Shown: positions 1 to 8,560, counted from the first letter of the stretch. The stretch is 24,000 bases of DNA from an uncultured Collinsella sp. (GCA_949287065.1 CASEEV010000015.1:1-24000), one strand, 5' to 3'. Made by a program: numbers and translations. The notes: a model not told the origin generated them from the letters alone.

Positions 1-104
1 CCAGCAACTGCGGCTTTGAGGGCAAGAAGCTCACGGGTCGCGCTACGCACGTGTTCGTCGGCGGCGTGCCTACGCTGGTCGACGGCGTCGTTCAGGAGCG
101 CTAG
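1..104 (+). CDS. 3' end of a dihydroorotase-like gene (partial, runs off the left edge)
   Basis: Frame 3 reads SNCGFEGKKLTGRATHVFVGGVPTLVDGVVQER, then TAG at 102-104. The tail resembles dihydroorotase C-termini, and the gene sits directly upstream of pyrK-pyrD-pyrF. Only about 34 codons are visible. Confidence 0.45.
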   Translation, partial: SNCGFEGKKLTGRATHVFVGGVPTLVDGVVQER

Positions 105-176
105 CCGCATCTTATTGATCGTGTCGGCTCGAGGCGGCGCCGTCGCGCCGTCTCGGCCTTTAGTTAGGGAGGGCTT

Positions 177-968
177 ATGCCTACGCCTTCTTCCGCTCGC
201 ATGCACGATGTCACGATCGTGTCTAACGAGCCTATCGCAAGCGATGTGTACTCGCTGGTGATCAAAGCCCCCAAGCTGGCCGAGCAGATCAAGCCCGGCC
301 AGTTCGTGAACATCCGCGTCCCGGGAAACGCCATGTCGCTCCTGAGGATCCCGCTCTCGTACGCTTCCGCCGATCCCTGCGAGGGCACTGTCGAGATCTG
401 GTACGCCGTTGTGGGCGACGGCACGCGCCGTCTGTCGCAGATGCAGCCCGGTGCTCAGACCGACCTTCTCGGTCCGGGGGGCAAGGGCTGGAGCGTGCCC
501 GAGAACTGCTCCCGCGCTCTGCTCGTGGCGGGCGGCATCGGCGCTCCGCCCATCGTGTGCCTCGCGCGCGAGCTTTCAGAACGCGGCATAGCCTTTGACG
601 CCTGCCTTGGCGCCCAGACGGGCGAGAAGCTCGTGGGTGCCGGGGAGCTCGAGGAGCTCGGTGCGGGGGAGATCAGCGTCTCCACCGACGATGGCTCGCT
701 CGGCCTCGAGGGCTTTTGCACCGAGCCCGCGTCGGAGCTTCTCGCTACAGGGAACTACGACTACGTTGCCACGTGCGGCCCCGAGCCCATGATGGCCAAG
801 GTTGCCGCTTGCGCCCACGAGGCGGGCGCGTATTGCGAGGCCTCCCTCGAGCGCATGATGAGCTGCGGCTTCGGCGCCTGCAACACCTGCGCGGTCGAAA
901 CCACATCGGGCATGAAAGGCGCCTGCATGTGCGGTCCGGTATTCAACGCCGAGGAGGTTGTCTGGTGA
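177..968 (+). CDS. pyrK: Dihydroorotate dehydrogenase (class 1B) electron-transfer subunit PyrK
   Basis: 263-aa ORF with a ferredoxin-reductase-like fold signature (RIPLSYAS, GPGG, AGGIGAPP). C-terminal 2Fe-2S cysteine cluster CGFGACNTC...CMCGPVF. SD GGGAGGG at 167-173. The stop overlaps the pyrD start. Confidence 0.9.
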   Translation: MPTPSSARMHDVTIVSNEPIASDVYSLVIKAPKLAEQIKPGQFVNIRVPGNAMSLLRIPLSYASADPCEGTVEIWYAVVGDGTRRLSQMQPGAQTDLLGPGGKGWSVPENCSRALLVAGGIGAPPIVCLARELSERGIAFDACLGAQTGEKLVGAGELEELGAGEISVSTDDGSLGLEGFCTEPASELLATGNYDYVATCGPEPMMAKVAACAHEAGAYCEASLERMMSCGFGACNTCAVETTSGMKGACMCGPVFNAEEVVW

Positions 969-1888
969 GCACGGTGAGCATGGCCGTCAACTTCGGCGGC
1001 ATCGAGATGAAGAACCCCGTCAACACGGCTTCGGGTACGTTTGGCTACGGATGGCAGTTCCAGAACTTCTTCGACGTTTCCGAGCTCGGCGCGATCACGA
1101 CCAAGGGCTGCGCCGCCGAGCCGTGGCCGGGCAACCCCAAGCCCCGCATGACGGAGGTTCCGGGCGGCATGATGAACTCCGTGGGTCTCCAGAACCCCGG
1201 CGTGCGCGCGTTTGCCGAGGAGTCCGGTCCGTTTCTGCAGAACCTCTCCGATAAGGGAACGGCGGTTATCTGCCAGGTTGCCGGGCATTCGGTCGCGGAG
1301 TACGTTGCCGCGCTCGAGCTTTTTGACGAGCTCTGCCCGTGGGCTGCCGGCTTTGAACTCAACGTGAGCTGCCCCAACATCGCGGCGGGCGGCGCGGCGT
1401 GCGGCTCCACTCCCGACGGAGCTGCCGAGGTTATGCGCGCGTGTCGTCCGGTGACCAAGAAGCCCCTGCTCGTAAAGATGGCGCCCGTTCGCCTGCCCGA
1501 GATCGCGCGCGCCCTCGAGGCCGAGGGCGCCGACGGCCTGACGGTTATCAATTCCATTCCCGGCATGGCGATCGACGTGCACACGAGGCGTTCCAAGCTG
1601 TCTCGTCCCACGGGCGGACTTTCGGGCCCGCTGCTTCACCCCATTGCCGTGCGCATGGTTTGGGAGGTCGCTAACGCCGTCCAGATTCCCGTGTGCGGCG
1701 TAGGCGGCGTGATGAGCGGCGAGGACGCTGCCGAGTTCATTCTCGCCGGCGCAACGGCCGTGTCGGTGGGCATGGCGAGCTTCGTCGATCCCGCAGCGCC
1801 TGTGCGCATCCTGCGGGAGCTCGAGGAGTGGGCTGAGTCCCAAGGCGTGTCCGACATCAACGAGCTGAGAGGGGCGTTCGAATGCTAA
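965..1888 (+). CDS. pyrD: Dihydroorotate dehydrogenase catalytic subunit PyrD (class 1B)
   Basis: Translation VNFGGIEMKNPVNTASGTFGYG...NSVGLQNPG...ELNVSCPN...INSIPG...GGLSGP...GVGGV is typical PyrD. Start chosen at GTG 965 (GTGA overlap with the pyrK stop), with GAGGAGG at 951-957 seven nt upstream. ATG 980 is the alternative. The ORF-track extension back to 716 lies inside pyrK. Confidence 0.88.
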   Translation: MSTVSMAVNFGGIEMKNPVNTASGTFGYGWQFQNFFDVSELGAITTKGCAAEPWPGNPKPRMTEVPGGMMNSVGLQNPGVRAFAEESGPFLQNLSDKGTAVICQVAGHSVAEYVAALELFDELCPWAAGFELNVSCPNIAAGGAACGSTPDGAAEVMRACRPVTKKPLLVKMAPVRLPEIARALEAEGADGLTVINSIPGMAIDVHTRRSKLSRPTGGLSGPLLHPIAVRMVWEVANAVQIPVCGVGGVMSGEDAAEFILAGATAVSVGMASFVDPAAPVRILRELEEWAESQGVSDINELRGAFEC

Positions 1889-2604
1889 ACATCGAAGCTC
1901 GCGACCGCATCATGGTCGCCTTGGACTGCGATCGCGCGGAGGCCCTTGCCTTGGGCGACGCCCTCGCGGGGCACGCGCGCTGGGTCAAGATCGGCATGAC
2001 CCTCTTTTACGCGGAGGGTCCGCAGATCGTCCGCGCGTTCAAGGGACGGGGCTTCAAGGTCTTTCTCGACCTCAAGCTTCACGATATCCCGCATCAGGTC
2101 CGCGGCGCCGCCAGAAGCGCGGCGCTCGCCGGCGCCGACCTCATGACCGTTCACGGCCTCGGCTCGTCCGCCATGCTCGCCGCGGCGCGCGCGGGTGTTG
2201 AAGACGCGGCCCCGGAGCTCGGCTATCGTCCTCAGCTGATTGCAGTGACGGTGCTTACGAGCATGGATCCCAGCGCCCTCGCCGAGATCGGCGTATCGAG
2301 GTCTATTCCTGAGGAGGCTGCCGCGCTCGCCAAGCTTGCGCAGAGCGCCGGGTGCGACGGTATCGTATGCTCGCCGCAGGAGGCTTCCGAGATGCGCGCG
2401 CTTCTCGGCGAGGACGCGCTTATCGTCACGCCCGGCGTGCGACCGGCAGGCGCTGCCCTTGGCGACCAATCGCGTGTGGCAACGCCCACCTCGGCGGTCG
2501 CCAACGGGGCAAGCCACCTTGTCGTCGGTCGTCCCATTACCCAAGCTCAAGACCCGGTTGAAGCGTTCGAGGCCATTGTCGCCGAGCTTGAGCAGTCGTC
2601 GTAG
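1882..2604 (+). CDS. pyrF: Orotidine 5'-phosphate decarboxylase
   Basis: 240 aa. Contains IMVALD...VKIGMTLF...FLDLKLHDIP...MTVHG...VVGRPIT, the hallmark PyrF motifs. The ATG overlaps the pyrD stop (ATGCTAA). SD GAGAGGGG at 1867-1874. Confidence 0.95.
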   Translation: MLNIEARDRIMVALDCDRAEALALGDALAGHARWVKIGMTLFYAEGPQIVRAFKGRGFKVFLDLKLHDIPHQVRGAARSAALAGADLMTVHGLGSSAMLAAARAGVEDAAPELGYRPQLIAVTVLTSMDPSALAEIGVSRSIPEEAAALAKLAQSAGCDGIVCSPQEASEMRALLGEDALIVTPGVRPAGAALGDQSRVATPTSAVANGASHLVVGRPITQAQDPVEAFEAIVAELEQSS

Positions 2605-2632
2605 CGCACGGCACGCCTCTGTCCGCTCTTAA

Positions 2633-2675
2633 GGCCGTGAGCCGCATACGCGCAGTTCACGGCCTTTCTTTCTCC
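2633..2675 (+). terminator. Rho-independent terminator closing the pyr operon
   Basis: GGCCGTGA (2633-2640) pairs with TCACGGCC (2657-2664). The stem is followed by TTTCTTTCTCC, 29 nt after the pyrF stop. Confidence 0.6.
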
Positions 2676-2752
2676 GTTTGCCCCGGGGCGTCCGCCGAGG
2701 GGCTCTTCTCTGTGGTCTCTGTGGGTGTGAAGAGCGGATAGGCGCTGTGAGC

Positions 2753-2781
2753 TTGCAATTCTTGTTTGCTTCCTCTATGGT
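2753..2781 (+). promoter_or_regulatory. Candidate sigma-70-type promoter for mIHF-gmk-rpoZ-thiI
   Basis: TTGCAA (2753-2758), a 17-nt spacer, then TATGGT (2776-2781). It lies downstream of the pyrF terminator and about 87 nt upstream of the mIHF ATG. Sequence match only. Confidence 0.3.
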
Positions 2782-2867
2782 AATCTGTCGTTGATGGTTA
2801 TGAGCTGCGCAAACGTTGCGTTGGCCCAGATCAGAGCTTTACATTTGTTTCTTCATAGGAGGTTCTC

Positions 2868-3176
2868 ATGGCTCTTCCTCAGCTTACCGATGAGCAGCGC
2901 AAGGCTGCCCTTGAGAAGGCCGCTGCCGCCCGTCACGCCCGTGCCGAGCTTCGCGATAAGATCAAGAACGGCGAGGTCTCCCTCGAGTCCGTTCTGAACT
3001 CCGATGACCCCATCGCTTCGCGTATGAAGGTTTCCACCCTCATCGAGTCCCTCCCTGGTTACGGTAAGGCCAAGGCCGCCAAGATCATGGACGAGCTTGG
3101 CATCTCCTCCACCCGTCGCGTCCAGGGCCTCGGCGTCCGTCAGCGCGAGCAGCTCATCGATCAGCTCTCCAAGTAG
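2868..3176 (+). CDS. mihF: Actinobacterial integration host factor mIHF
   Basis: 102 aa: ALPQLTDEQRKAALEKAAAAR...LPGYGKAKAAKIMDELGI...RRVQGLG.RQ. Matches the mIHF family and the conserved position immediately upstream of gmk-rpoZ. SD AGGAGG at 2857-2862, 5 nt before the ATG. Confidence 0.85.
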   Translation: MALPQLTDEQRKAALEKAAAARHARAELRDKIKNGEVSLESVLNSDDPIASRMKVSTLIESLPGYGKAKAAKIMDELGISSTRRVQGLGVRQREQLIDQLSK

Positions 3177-3745
3177 TGGCATCCTTCAAGCCAACACTGT
3201 TCGTCGTTTCGGGACCGTCAGGTGCAGGCAAGGGTACGCTTGTCGAGCGTGTTCGCTCGCTGTACCCGGGGCTGGGCCTGACGGTTTCGGCTACCACGCG
3301 CAGCCCGCGTCCTGGCGAAGTCGACGGCAAGAGCTATTACTTCCTCTCTCCCGAGGAGTTCAGTCGTCGTATCGAGGCCGGGGAGTTCGTGGAGTGGGCA
3401 GAGGTCCACGGCCACCGTTACGGTACGCTGGTAAGCGAGGTGTCCTCCCTTCTTGCGCAGGGGAGTTCGCTTGTTCTCGAGATCGACGTGCAGGGCGCTC
3501 TTCAGGTGCGCGAGAAGTTTCCGGAGGCGGTCCTCATCTTCATAGCGCCGCCTTCGCTCGACGAGCTGCGCGCTCGCTTGGTTGGCCGCGGCACCGAGAC
3601 GCCCGAGTCGATCGAGCTTCGCCTTGCCAACGCCGAGCATGAGCTTTCGCTCGCGCCTCGTTACGACGAGATTATTGTGAACGACGACCTTGACGACGCC
3701 ACGCAAGCGCTGCTGAGGACGTTTGAGAAGTACGAGAGGAATTGA
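3176..3745 (+). CDS. gmk: Guanylate kinase
   Basis: 189 aa with the P-loop GPSGAGKGT, then SATTR.PR.GE.DG..Y.F. The GTG start shares its G with the mIHF TAG stop (TAGTG). Confidence 0.95.
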   Translation: MASFKPTLFVVSGPSGAGKGTLVERVRSLYPGLGLTVSATTRSPRPGEVDGKSYYFLSPEEFSRRIEAGEFVEWAEVHGHRYGTLVSEVSSLLAQGSSLVLEIDVQGALQVREKFPEAVLIFIAPPSLDELRARLVGRGTETPESIELRLANAEHELSLAPRYDEIIVNDDLDDATQALLRTFEKYERN

Positions 3746-3753
3746 GGTAGCGT

Positions 3754-4032
3754 ATGTCGGTTATCAAGCCTCAGATCGACGACCTTCTCGAGAAGACCGA
3801 GAACAACCGTTTCCTGCTCGCGTCGCTTGCCTCCAAGCGCGCGTGCGACATCAATAACATGGTGCGCGGTCAGCACAGTCGCGTCCTGGCCGTTCAGGAC
3901 ATCGATGACATCACGATCGCCCTTTCGGGCCGTGACGCCATCTCGATGGCCATGGAGGAGATCATCGACGGCGACATCTCCTTTGATCACGACAAGTTCG
4001 AGAACGCGCTCAAAGGCAGGGTAACGAAGTAA
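3754..4032 (+). CDS. rpoZ: DNA-directed RNA polymerase subunit omega
   Basis: 92 aa: IDDLLEKTENNRFLLASLASKRACDIN is the RpoZ N-terminal signature. Canonical gmk-rpoZ adjacency. Confidence 0.9.
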   Translation: MSVIKPQIDDLLEKTENNRFLLASLASKRACDINNMVRGQHSRVLAVQDIDDITIALSGRDAISMAMEEIIDGDISFDHDKFENALKGRVTK

Positions 4033-4033
4033 C

Positions 4034-5296
4034 ATGGCTCAACGTGTCTGTCTCGTTCACTATCACGAGATCGGCCTCAAGGGAAACAATCGCGCGAGTT
4101 TTGAGAGACAGCTCGTGAGCAACCTCAAGGCGGCCTTGGCCGCCTTTTCCGTTGAGGAGATCAAGCGCCTGTCCGGCTACATCCTTGTAACGTTTACCGA
4201 CGAGAGCCGGGCTGGCGACGCCGTTCGTCGCATCTGCCAGGTTCCCGGCGTGGCGCGCGTGTCGCTTGCCTTTAAGTGCGAGCGCGACCCGAGGGCGTAT
4301 TGCGCCGCTGCGGTCGAAGCCATGCACGAGGCCGAGTCCGGCGGCCTTACGACCTTCAAGGTACACGCCAAGCGCTCCAACACCGACTACGAGCTCGACA
4401 CCATTGCCATTAACCGGCAGGTCGGCGAGGTGCTCTGCGAGGCCTTTCCCGAGAAGAGGGTTCAGATGCACCACCCCGACCTCGTGATCAACGTGCTCGT
4501 GGTCCAGGGCAGCGTCTTTGTCTTTGCCCGTCATGACGCCGGCGTGGGCGGACTGCCCGTGGGCACGGCGGGCAAGGTGGTCACCCTTATGTCGTCGGGC
4601 ATCGACTCGCCGGTTGCGGCGTGGCAGCTCATGCGCCGCGGCGCCATCTGCGTTCCCGTGCACTTCTCGGGTAGGCCCCAGGTAGCCGACACGAGCGAAT
4701 ACCTGTGCCAGGACCTCGTGCACCAGCTTTCGGGCGCGGGCGGCATCGGGCGTCTGTACGTGGTGCCGTTCGGCGAGTGCCAACGTCAGATTGCGCTCGC
4801 GTGTCCGAGCAGCCTGCGCGTCATCATGTATCGCCGCGTTATGTACGCCGTGGCCGAACGCGTTGCGCGCATCGAGAAGGCGGGGGCCATTGTGACCGGC
4901 GAGTCCCTCGGCCAGGTTGCCTCTCAGACGCTCGAGAACATCATCGCCACCAACGAGGTGGTGAGCCTTCCGATCTTCCGCCCGCTTATCGGTTCCGACA
5001 AGCAGGAGATCATCGAACGTGCGCAGGCTCTGGGAACCTTCGAGATCTCCACGCAGACGGCTCCCGACTGCTGCACGCTCTTCATGCCCCGCAGGCCGGA
5101 GACCCATGCCAAGCTCGATCTGGTTCACGAAGCGTGGGACCTGTTCGACCACGACGCCATGATCGACGAGCTCGTCGATCACCTCGAGTACGTTGACTTT
5201 GACTACTGCCCGGGCTACCGACCGCCCCGCTCCATGCGCGAGCGCCACGACGTTCTCGCGCCGCGGTTCCACAAGGCGCGCCCCGCTGAGGCTTGA
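4034..5296 (+). CDS. thiI: tRNA 4-thiouridine(8) synthase ThiI (no rhodanese domain)
   Basis: 420 aa. N-terminal ferredoxin-like/THUMP region (HYHEIGLKGNNR..FE), PP-loop SGIDSPVAAW, then ITGESLGQVASQT and PDCC. The ATG lies 1 nt after the rpoZ TAA. Confidence 0.88.
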   Translation: MAQRVCLVHYHEIGLKGNNRASFERQLVSNLKAALAAFSVEEIKRLSGYILVTFTDESRAGDAVRRICQVPGVARVSLAFKCERDPRAYCAAAVEAMHEAESGGLTTFKVHAKRSNTDYELDTIAINRQVGEVLCEAFPEKRVQMHHPDLVINVLVVQGSVFVFARHDAGVGGLPVGTAGKVVTLMSSGIDSPVAAWQLMRRGAICVPVHFSGRPQVADTSEYLCQDLVHQLSGAGGIGRLYVVPFGECQRQIALACPSSLRVIMYRRVMYAVAERVARIEKAGAIVTGESLGQVASQTLENIIATNEVVSLPIFRPLIGSDKQEIIERAQALGTFEISTQTAPDCCTLFMPRRPETHAKLDLVHEAWDLFDHDAMIDELVDHLEYVDFDYCPGYRPPRSMRERHDVLAPRFHKARPAEA

Positions 5297-5298
5297 GT

Positions 5299-5365
5299 TT
5301 TCCACAGCGGCCTGCTGCCGGTATGACGGGTACTGGACTGCGGGGTGCGGTTTTGTTTCCACAGC
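5299..5365 (+). repeat. Direct repeats in the thiI-comEA spacer
   Basis: The exact 10-mer TTTCCACAGC occurs at 5299-5308 and 5356-5365. The exact 9-mer GTTTTGTTT occurs at 5350-5358 and 5384-5392. Function unknown. Confidence 0.5.
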
Positions 5366-5430
5366 CGCAGTCGCAGGCCAAGTGTTTTGTTTGACCCGCT
5401 CGGTTTATTTTTCTCGAGTTCACGCACATG

Positions 5431-5469
5431 CACCTCCCGGCTCCATCATGGAGTTGGGAGGTGTTTTTC
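5431..5469 (+). terminator. Strong terminator-like hairpin that also sequesters the comEA SD
   Basis: CACCTCCCGGCTCC (5431-5444) pairs with GGAGTTGGGAGGTG (5450-5463). This gives 14 bp including two G-U pairs, with loop ATCAT. It is followed by TTTTTC and then the comEA ATG at 5470. Confidence 0.6.
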
Positions 5470-6216
5470 ATGGCGGTGATCGATGAGAAGGGAAGCCTGC
5501 ACAGGCTGCTTGACCGGTTGAGGGGCGGCCCGCTGGCACGGCCATGGGTGCTCGCCGTTGTTGCGGCGCTTGCGGGGGCGGTCGCGCTCGGCGCAGTTGC
5601 GGCTAAAGACGGGCAGGAGACGCTGCTGCGTCGCGACGCGGGCTCTACGGACGTATCGACTGCTGTTCGCTCAGCAGGCGCTTCGGACGATGACGCCGAT
5701 CCGCCGGTTGCCGACGTTCATTCGGAGGAGGGGGGCCGTGACGACGCGAACGGAACGGACGCCCCCGAAGATGAAGGTCCCTTGTATGTTGACGTAGGGG
5801 GCGCGGTTCGCGACCCGGGTCTTAAGGAGCTGCCTCCAGGCGCTCGCGTGAACGATGCCCTCGATGCTGCCGGAGGGCTGACCGAGAACGCCGACGAGAG
5901 GCAGATTAACCGGGCGGCGCTTGTAGCGGACGGCGAGAAGGTCTACGTTCCTGAGCTTGGGGAGAGCGGTGTCCTTTCGGGCGATGATGGTGCAGCGGAA
6001 GTAGGTTCTTCCGATGAATCGACGGACGCAATCAATATCAATACGGCAGATGCCCAGCTTCTCGACGAGTTGCCCGGCGTTGGACCCGCGACGGCTCAGG
6101 CGATAATCAAGGATCGCGAGGAGAACGGCCCCTTCTCCGCCCCGGAGGACATCATGAGGGTTTCGGGAATCGGGGAGAAGAAGTTCGAGAAGATGAAAGA
6201 TGCGCTCTGCGTGTGA
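5470..6216 (+). CDS. comEA: Competence protein ComEA (membrane-anchored DNA receptor)
   Basis: N-terminal TM segment (WVLAVVAALAGAVALGAVAA) and an acidic linker. SLBB-like segment (LYVDVGGAVRDPGLKELPPGARVNDAL). C-terminal tandem helix-hairpin-helix (ININTADAQLLDELPGVGPATAQAII...VSGIGEKKFEKMK). Start set at ATG 5470, with SD GGGAGGTG 6 nt upstream. The in-frame ATG 5428 has no SD. Confidence 0.85.
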   Translation: MAVIDEKGSLHRLLDRLRGGPLARPWVLAVVAALAGAVALGAVAAKDGQETLLRRDAGSTDVSTAVRSAGASDDDADPPVADVHSEEGGRDDANGTDAPEDEGPLYVDVGGAVRDPGLKELPPGARVNDALDAAGGLTENADERQINRAALVADGEKVYVPELGESGVLSGDDGAAEVGSSDESTDAININTADAQLLDELPGVGPATAQAIIKDREENGPFSAPEDIMRVSGIGEKKFEKMKDALCV

Positions 6217-8560
6217 GCGCAAAGCGGGCGCGGCGCTTCCTCCGCGGCCCTACGCTGCTCCTGTAGCTGCCGGCTGCCTCGGACTCGCCGTATCGTCTGG
6301 CTTGCTCATGGAGCACGGGTGGTTGGCTTTTGCTGAGGCCGTGGCGGACGGGGCGAAAAGCGAGGGGCTCTTTGGTGTGTTGCGCGCGCTGCTGCCGACC
6401 GTTGCGGCGTTGATCGTGGCCGCTGCCCTGTTTGCCGCAGCAGGCGCGGTGTGCCGACGCCGGAGGCTTTCTGCCGCGCCTTGGCTGCTTTGGCTTGCTG
6501 CGGGCGCTGCGACGGCCTGCGTAGCTTGCTCGGTTGCTCTGGCCACGCGATGGGAGCAGCGTGAAGCGCTCTTCTCTGCGCCGCGGGCCGCTCTTGACCT
6601 GCGCGTGACGGGTGATTGCTCGGAGGGTCTCTACGGCTATGCGGTTGACGCCGATGTTGAGCGCAGCGGCACACTCGTTGCCCATGTGCGGCTCCAGCTC
6701 GATGCCCTCTATGCGCGCGGCACGCTGATAGAGGGCGTGTTTCGCCTGGAGGAGCTAGAGGAGGACGACTGGGCCCGCGGACGGTTCATGAAGGGACAGG
6801 TGGCAGAGGCGCAGCTTGTGCACGCCAGCGCCGCTACGGACGGGGGAGGCCCCTTGCTTGCGTTGCGCGCGCGTCTGGTCGATGCCATCGACCCCGCCTC
6901 GTCGGACGAGCGCGCTTTGATCGCGGGGACGGTGTGCGGAGAGGCAGGCGAGCTCAACGCCTCTGAAGCGGCGGATTTTTTCTCGACGTCGGGACTTTCG
7001 CATTTGGTCGCCGTATCGGGAAGCCATCTTGCGCTCGTCTCGTCCCTTGCGCTTGCGGTGCTTGTGAGAGCGGGCGTGTCCCGGCGCGTGCGCGCGCTTG
7101 CCATCGCTGCGCTGATGGGCTCGTATGTGATTCTGACCGGCGGAGCTCCCTCGGCCGTACGGTCGCTCGTCATGGTGCTGGCGTCGCTTCTCGCAGGGCT
7201 GGGAGGAAGGCGGCCTCATGCCCTATCGGGACTGTTTGCAACGGCCATGGTGCTTCTCGCGGTTAATCCGGGCCTGCTGTTTGATCTCGGGTTTGAGCTT
7301 TCGTGCATGAGCGTGCTGTTCATTCTCTGCCTTGGCGGCTATCTGCGCGCGCTGTTGGAGCAGGTTGGCTTCGGCTCTGGTCTTGCCGAGGCCCTCGCCC
7401 TCACGCTCGTTGCGCAGTGCGCGACGGCGCCTCTCGCGGTGGCGGCATTTGGCGAGCTGTCGCTTGTGGCTCCGCTCGCCAATCTTGTTGCAGGTCCTGT
7501 TATGAGCGCGCTTTTGGCGCTTGGCGTGGTCGTCGTGCCTCTGGCAGCAGCCTTTCCTGCTCTGGGGTTTCTGTTCGTCCCTCTTGACGCGCTCGCACGT
7601 ATCGCGTTGTTTTGCGCAGAGGCATGCGCCGGGCTTCCGTACGCGTCGGTGCCCGTGGAGGCTGCTTGGTGGCACGCGCCTGTGTTGTGGGGAGGTGCGG
7701 CGGCGGTATACGCGGTATGGCGTGTTCCGACGCGCAGGGCCGTTGCGCTGGCGTGCGCGGTGTTGTGCGGGTGGAGCGTCGTGTCGTATGCGCATTGGCG
7801 ATGGCTGGCACCCCCTTCCGTGACGGTGCTCGACGTCGGACAGGCGGACGCGGTTCTCGTGCGCGACGGCGCGCACGCGCTGCTCGTGGATACCGGCGAG
7901 GACGACGCGGTGCTTAGGGCGCTCATGCGCCAGCACGTGCACCGTCTCGACGCGGTGGTGATCACGCATTGGCACAGCGATCACGCCGGGGGGCTTGACG
8001 ATATCGCGCGCTCGTTGCCCGTGGGCAAGGTCTACGTTTCCGAGGGCGCTTCTGCTCATGCCCCGCAGAACGTGAAAGATGCTCTGGTGGAGGAGCATGT
8101 CGAATCGCTCGAAGAGCTGTCGTGCGGCGACGAGCTTGTTGTCGGCGGATTTGTCTGCACCGTTGTTTGGCCTCAGCAGGCGTCTGCAGGCGACGCCAAC
8201 GAGGATTCGCTGTGCCTCAAGGCGACCTACGATCACAAAGGAAAGGAGCTCACCGCACTCCTGACCGGTGACGCCGAGGCGCCCGTTACCGAGCAGATCG
8301 CCTCCGAGGTCGGCGACGTCGAAGTTTTGAAGCTCGGGCACCACGGATCGCGCGACTCGGTGAGCACGTGCTTGTTGGATGTCCTCAAGCCCGAGGTGGC
8401 TGTGGCAAGTGCGGGCGAGAACAACGACTACGGGCATCCGGATCCATTGTGCGTAGAGGCAGTCGAGCGGGCCGGGTCCGTGTTCTGCTCAACGGTCGAC
8501 CGGGGCGACGTGACGGTCGAGCCGTCGTATGGGGGCGTACGCGTTCGCACGCAGAAATAG
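6200..8560 (+). CDS. comEC: DNA internalisation channel ComEC/Rec2 with C-terminal metallo-beta-lactamase domain
   Basis: 786 aa, polytopic membrane protein. Competence-domain motif (FSTSGLSHLVAVSGSHL), then an MBL domain (VTVLDVGQADAVLV...ITHWHSDHAGG...LKLGHHGS). The start is uncertain; ATG 6200 overlaps the comEA end by 17 nt. Confidence 0.88.
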   Translation: MRSACERKAGAALPPRPYAAPVAAGCLGLAVSSGLLMEHGWLAFAEAVADGAKSEGLFGVLRALLPTVAALIVAAALFAAAGAVCRRRRLSAAPWLLWLAAGAATACVACSVALATRWEQREALFSAPRAALDLRVTGDCSEGLYGYAVDADVERSGTLVAHVRLQLDALYARGTLIEGVFRLEELEEDDWARGRFMKGQVAEAQLVHASAATDGGGPLLALRARLVDAIDPASSDERALIAGTVCGEAGELNASEAADFFSTSGLSHLVAVSGSHLALVSSLALAVLVRAGVSRRVRALAIAALMGSYVILTGGAPSAVRSLVMVLASLLAGLGGRRPHALSGLFATAMVLLAVNPGLLFDLGFELSCMSVLFILCLGGYLRALLEQVGFGSGLAEALALTLVAQCATAPLAVAAFGELSLVAPLANLVAGPVMSALLALGVVVVPLAAAFPALGFLFVPLDALARIALFCAEACAGLPYASVPVEAAWWHAPVLWGGAAAVYAVWRVPTRRAVALACAVLCGWSVVSYAHWRWLAPPSVTVLDVGQADAVLVRDGAHALLVDTGEDDAVLRALMRQHVHRLDAVVITHWHSDHAGGLDDIARSLPVGKVYVSEGASAHAPQNVKDALVEEHVESLEELSCGDELVVGGFVCTVVWPQQASAGDANEDSLCLKATYDHKGKELTALLTGDAEAPVTEQIASEVGDVEVLKLGHHGSRDSVSTCLLDVLKPEVAVASAGENNDYGHPDPLCVEAVERAGSVFCSTVDRGDVTVEPSYGGVRVRTQK

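Noticed and set aside
131-154. 10-bp stem, 4-nt loop hairpin (GAGGCGGCGC cgtc GCGCCGTCTC) between the dihydroorotase-like gene and pyrK. Considered as a pyr attenuator.
   Set aside because: No U-tract follows it (GGCCTTTAGTT). No PyrR-binding-loop-like motif is visible. It more likely acts as an intercistronic stabilising hairpin, if it has any function.
2707-2724. Perfect tandem duplication TCTCTGTGG-TCTCTGTGG downstream of the pyrF terminator.
   Set aside because: Only two copies of 9 bp in a non-coding spacer. This is most simply a slippage duplication, with no associated structure or ORF.
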